Origin: Azolla caroliniana
Taxonomy: Eukaryota; Plantae; Polypodiophyta
Assembly: GCA_043228905.1 (NCBI GenBank)
Contig: JBHGNT010000008.1
Location: 21,204,001-21,268,000, forward strand
Length of the DNA stretch: 64,000 bases
Reading direction: 5' to 3'
Every line of letters begins with the position of its first letter. The first letter of the stretch is position 1. This document shows positions 60,325 to 64,000 of this stretch, one piece after another. A program made the position numbers and the translations under genes. The notes beneath the pieces are model-generated. The model ran no database searches. It saw nothing but the letters and a program-made list of their open reading frames with translations, and was not told the DNA's origin.

Positions 60325-61053
60325 TGCATACAACAATGTACAACCACTTGTGTCATTTTGCCGAATCAAGAAAATGTGATTGAAGCTTATATTGTTTAAT
60401 TGGGCTAAAACTTTAACATTCCCCTCACCACTGTCTAATATGTATCTCTTAGAGTCATATATTTGTTTTAGGTGGATCACATTCAGACTTGCCACTGTAT
60501 GCATCACAAATGACATCAAATAACTATATAATGTGAAAGCCTCATTTTGGCCCAACTTTCTTGAGAATGTACTGAACACCTAATCCATATGGTCATGTGT
60601 GTGACCAACCAAGAGGAAGTTAACTTTGACTTTCCTAAACAATCCTTGGTTGACCAACATACTCAGATATATCCAAAGATAGTTGAATTCTTGTTCTCCC
60701 TAGTTGTGTTGTCCAATTGAATGTAGAGAATAGAGGGCAATGGATGGCCCCAACACATAAAAACCCTTTGAATCACTATAATGGTCAAGTTCTGCTCATT
60801 GTGGACTTTCAGGTAAGTGATGAAGACATGAGGTCTAACTGACCTATTATAAGCAGATCAACCCACCAAGTGCATCTGAACGAGACATTCGTCATTGATG
60901 TATTTAGGAAGCCACCGCATGTGAGGTGGACATGTCTTCTTTTGGTCCATACCATCGATCATTAGACACATGTATTGTTTAGGATTCTTCAATGACTTCT
61001 TTATGTGGTGCATCGCTTTCTTTTGCTCCAAAGATTGGGCTTTGTGATGGTCA
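60325..61053 (-). pseudogene. Second fragment of the DUF7869/Sola-like transposase
   Basis: The reverse complement aligns with about 40323-41050 and gives MCLMIDGMDQKK, IQLDNTTRENKNS and VGHTHDHMD. It is cut by LTR elements on both sides. Confidence 0.8.
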
Positions 61054-64000
61054 TGTGAGCGGCAAGCTCAACCGGATCCGGATCGGTGAGCTAGTGAGCA
61101 ACTGAGCCGCTGAGCTGGGGAGCCGGTTAGCCGGATCCAACAGTAACCGGAAGCCTAGTAGTAGCCTAGATTCCTAGGTAGTTAATAGTCTCGTAGTTAG
61201 TGTTAGACGCCCGAGTGAGCATTGAAGTACACGATACTTCTGTCAGTCCTCTTAGCACTTGTATAAATAGTGCTGTTGAGCACGTTTCATGTACAGAGAA
61301 CTATTATTGTTTTGTAATAGATTTAACTTGTTTTGCTCTCTCTTTGTCTCTCCTGCGTACTATCAAGCTCTCCATTAAACTTGTATTTCTGTGTTTGGTT
61401 TTTTATTACTTCCGCACGCTATTCGTTTTTACATGGTATTAGAGCGCCAGGGTCGAGAACCTTTGTGGCCGACCTTAGCTCAAGAAGAAAACCTAACCTT
61501 CGTAAAGAATAGGAAAAACAAAATGGATAGAGGAATGAATAGCTCGCTCCCAGTGGACAAGCTCGACAGATCCAACTACGCATCTTGGTAATACAAGATG
61601 CACCAGTACCTGCTTGGGCATGGTTACTGGAGCTATGTCGACGGAGCTAATGACACAACACCTGATGCGGCACACAAGGATTTCCCAGTGTGGGAACAAG
61701 CGGCAAGCAGAGTGATGTACTGCTTTGCGTCTAGTGTTGGAGACCAGCTGCTAAGACATGTCCGAGATGTGAAGACGCCAAAAGAAGCTTGGGGAAACCT
61801 GAAGAAGGTTTTCGCTGCGAGCACTACGGCCCAGAAGCTGCAACGCCGACAGGAGTTGAGCAATGTCTGACAGAAGGACATGTCGGTAGCCGATTACACG
61901 GCCCGAATGAAAGAGATCTGTGACTCACTTGCCTCTATCAACGTCATTGTAGAGGAAGATGAGATGGTACAGATCTGTCTTGGGGGCATAGCGTCTATGT
62001 TCAGAGCGTTCCGAATGGCTGTATGTACAAGGGAGAATACGCCTTCATTTTTTGACTTACAGTCGATGCTCCTTGTAGTGGAGAACCATGCTGGTGCGTC
62101 AACAAGTGCACCCACTGACAACCGGATGCTGTACACGGAGACGGATCGGCCCCGTGGGCATGGTGGATTAGGCGGGTTGGCTCGCAATGGAATCGACTGA
62201 CAAGAGTTGGACCGAAGGCACAAAGAACGTGCCGAAAACAATTCCGGACCCTTCACAAGCAGGGGGAGTCAAGGCGGCGTCGGAGGCCGGCAAGCAAAGG
62301 TCGACATGGAATGCTGGTACTGTGGCAAAAAGGGCCACAAGGAAAGCGAGTGCTGGAAGAAGCACGCCGATTTGGACAGATCCGGATCTGGCAAGGCCGA
62401 CAGAGAGAACTGGCAATACTCGCACTACGCAGAAGGATCGGGAGGATCCAAAACCGGAAAAACCGATAAAGGGCCAATCTTGGTGATGAAACACGAGGCT
62501 AACTTGCTGAAAAAGACCACTTCCTAACTGGAGGAAGTGTGGTACATTGAGTCCGGTGCATCGAATCACATGATGAGCCACAAAGAGCGGTTCTCCTTCT
62601 TGGAGAAACCGGAACAACCCGGAGTCGTCGAAACCGGAGACGACACTCCTCACCCAATCGTGCATGTCGGAGAAGTCCCTTTGAGCCACGTCGGACAGAG
62701 TGGGAAGCTGATGAACATATTACACGTTTCGACTATCACGAAGAACCTGGTGTTAGTTGGTCAGATCGTTGACAAGGGGATGCAGGTGTTTGCAGTTTAC
62801 GCACCTTGGGTGCTTCATCGAGGAAGAGGGCCAAATCATTGTGCAAGGGCGCAGAGATGGGAGGATGTTCATCCTCGACACAAATGACATCGGTAACACT
62901 TTGTTCGCCAAAGGACAGAAGGTTGAATCGGACATCGACCTGTGGCACAAGAGGATCGGGCACGTCAATTACCGGAGGCTTCAAGACCTGCAAACGAAAC
63001 AAGTCGTTTTTGGTGTGCCAAAATTTAGCGGCCGGAAGGCCGAAATTTGTGAAGCTTGCCAAATCGGGAAGCAACACCGGCTTCCATTCCCCACCGAACG
63101 AAATCGTAGCCGTAACATGCTCGACCTTATTCATTTGGATGTATGGGGACCGGCATAGAACATGAGTCTTGGCGGGATTCGATATTTCGTCTCCTTCATC
63201 GACGACTACAGCCGGCACGTGGATCTACCTCATTGAGCGGAAGAGCGAAGTCTTCGAGTGTTTCCGGAACCTCTGAAGTTTGGTTGAATGGGAAATGGAG
63301 AGGAAGATCAAGTGCCTGCGGTGGGATGGTGGAGAAGAATATTTGTCCAGCCAATTCAACAGTTATCTATAACAAAAGGGAATTCAGCGAGAGTTCAGCT
63401 GCAGATACACACCAGAACAGAATGGTGTGGCCGAGAGGAAGAACCGGTTGCTTATCGACACCGCAAGGGAAATGCTGGAGGAGAAGAGGATGCCCCATTT
63501 CTACTGGGCGGAGGCGGTCTGGACGACCGTCTACATCCAAAACCGGATTTGTGACAAGGTGTCCACGCATGAGCTATATTTTGGGCGCAAGCCGAATTTG
63601 CGACACCTTCAGATATTCGGAAGCATTGCATATGTGCATGTGCCGGATGCGAAGTGGAGGAAGTTGGAATCAAAGTCAGAGAAATGCATCTTAGTCGGTT
63701 ACTCGCATGAGCAAATGGGGTATAAGTGTTATAACCCCCGAACGAAGCAGGTCCGAGTTAGTCGGGATGTTGCGTTTGATGAGACGGCATCATGGTATGC
63801 CTTACTGGCTCCGACTTCCGACCCCAACCCGAAACCGGAGGATGAGGCTAGTGAGCTTGAATCGGTCCAGTTAGTAGATGAAGACCTCGGCACTCTAGAA
63901 GAGAGTCCGATCTCACTTCGGTTAAGTGGAACAAATGAGTGGCTGAGTCGGGATGACCAGTCGGATGAGGAATTAACGAGTATTGGAGACTCTGCCCTGC
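61054..64000 (+). mobile_element. Ty1/copia element, 5' part (runs off the window end)
   Basis: LTR 61054-61433 (TGTGAG...TTTTACA), PBS TGGTATTAGAGC at 61434-61445, gag from 61523, zinc knuckle CWYCGKKGHKESEC, PR WYIESGASNHM, INT HLDVWGP. Stops and frameshifts are present. Confidence 0.93.

Overview
Eukaryotic, repeat-dominated window, most consistent with a non-seed land plant (bryophyte, lycophyte or fern). This is inferred from the gene and retroelement families, not proven. Only one intact host gene is visible: an intronless, GC-rich, secreted copper-radical oxidase (plant glyoxal/galactose-oxidase-like, AA5) at 12331-13989 (-), set in about 18 kb of AT-rich DNA. The rest is nested, decaying transposons. 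There are seven Ty1/copia copies or derivatives, a Ty3/gypsy element with a tRNA-Trp PBS and a candidate -1 frameshift, chromovirus fragments, solo LTRs, and two decayed copies of a DUF7869/Sola-like DDD transposase. Several insertions can be delimited to the base by LTR termini and target-site duplications. The most unusual features are: (i) an array of seven 27-bp palindromes with variable spacers next to TATA/telo-box-like motifs, lying about 1 kb upstream of the DDD transposase once later insertions are removed; (ii) a copia inserted in inverted orientation into a relative, giving short and multi-kb hairpin potential; (iii) a tRNA-like Pol III promoter inside a solo LTR; (iv) CCGG-loaded LTR minisatellites; (v) an anomalous templated LTR junction. 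All family assignments come from motif recognition by eye; no searches were run.
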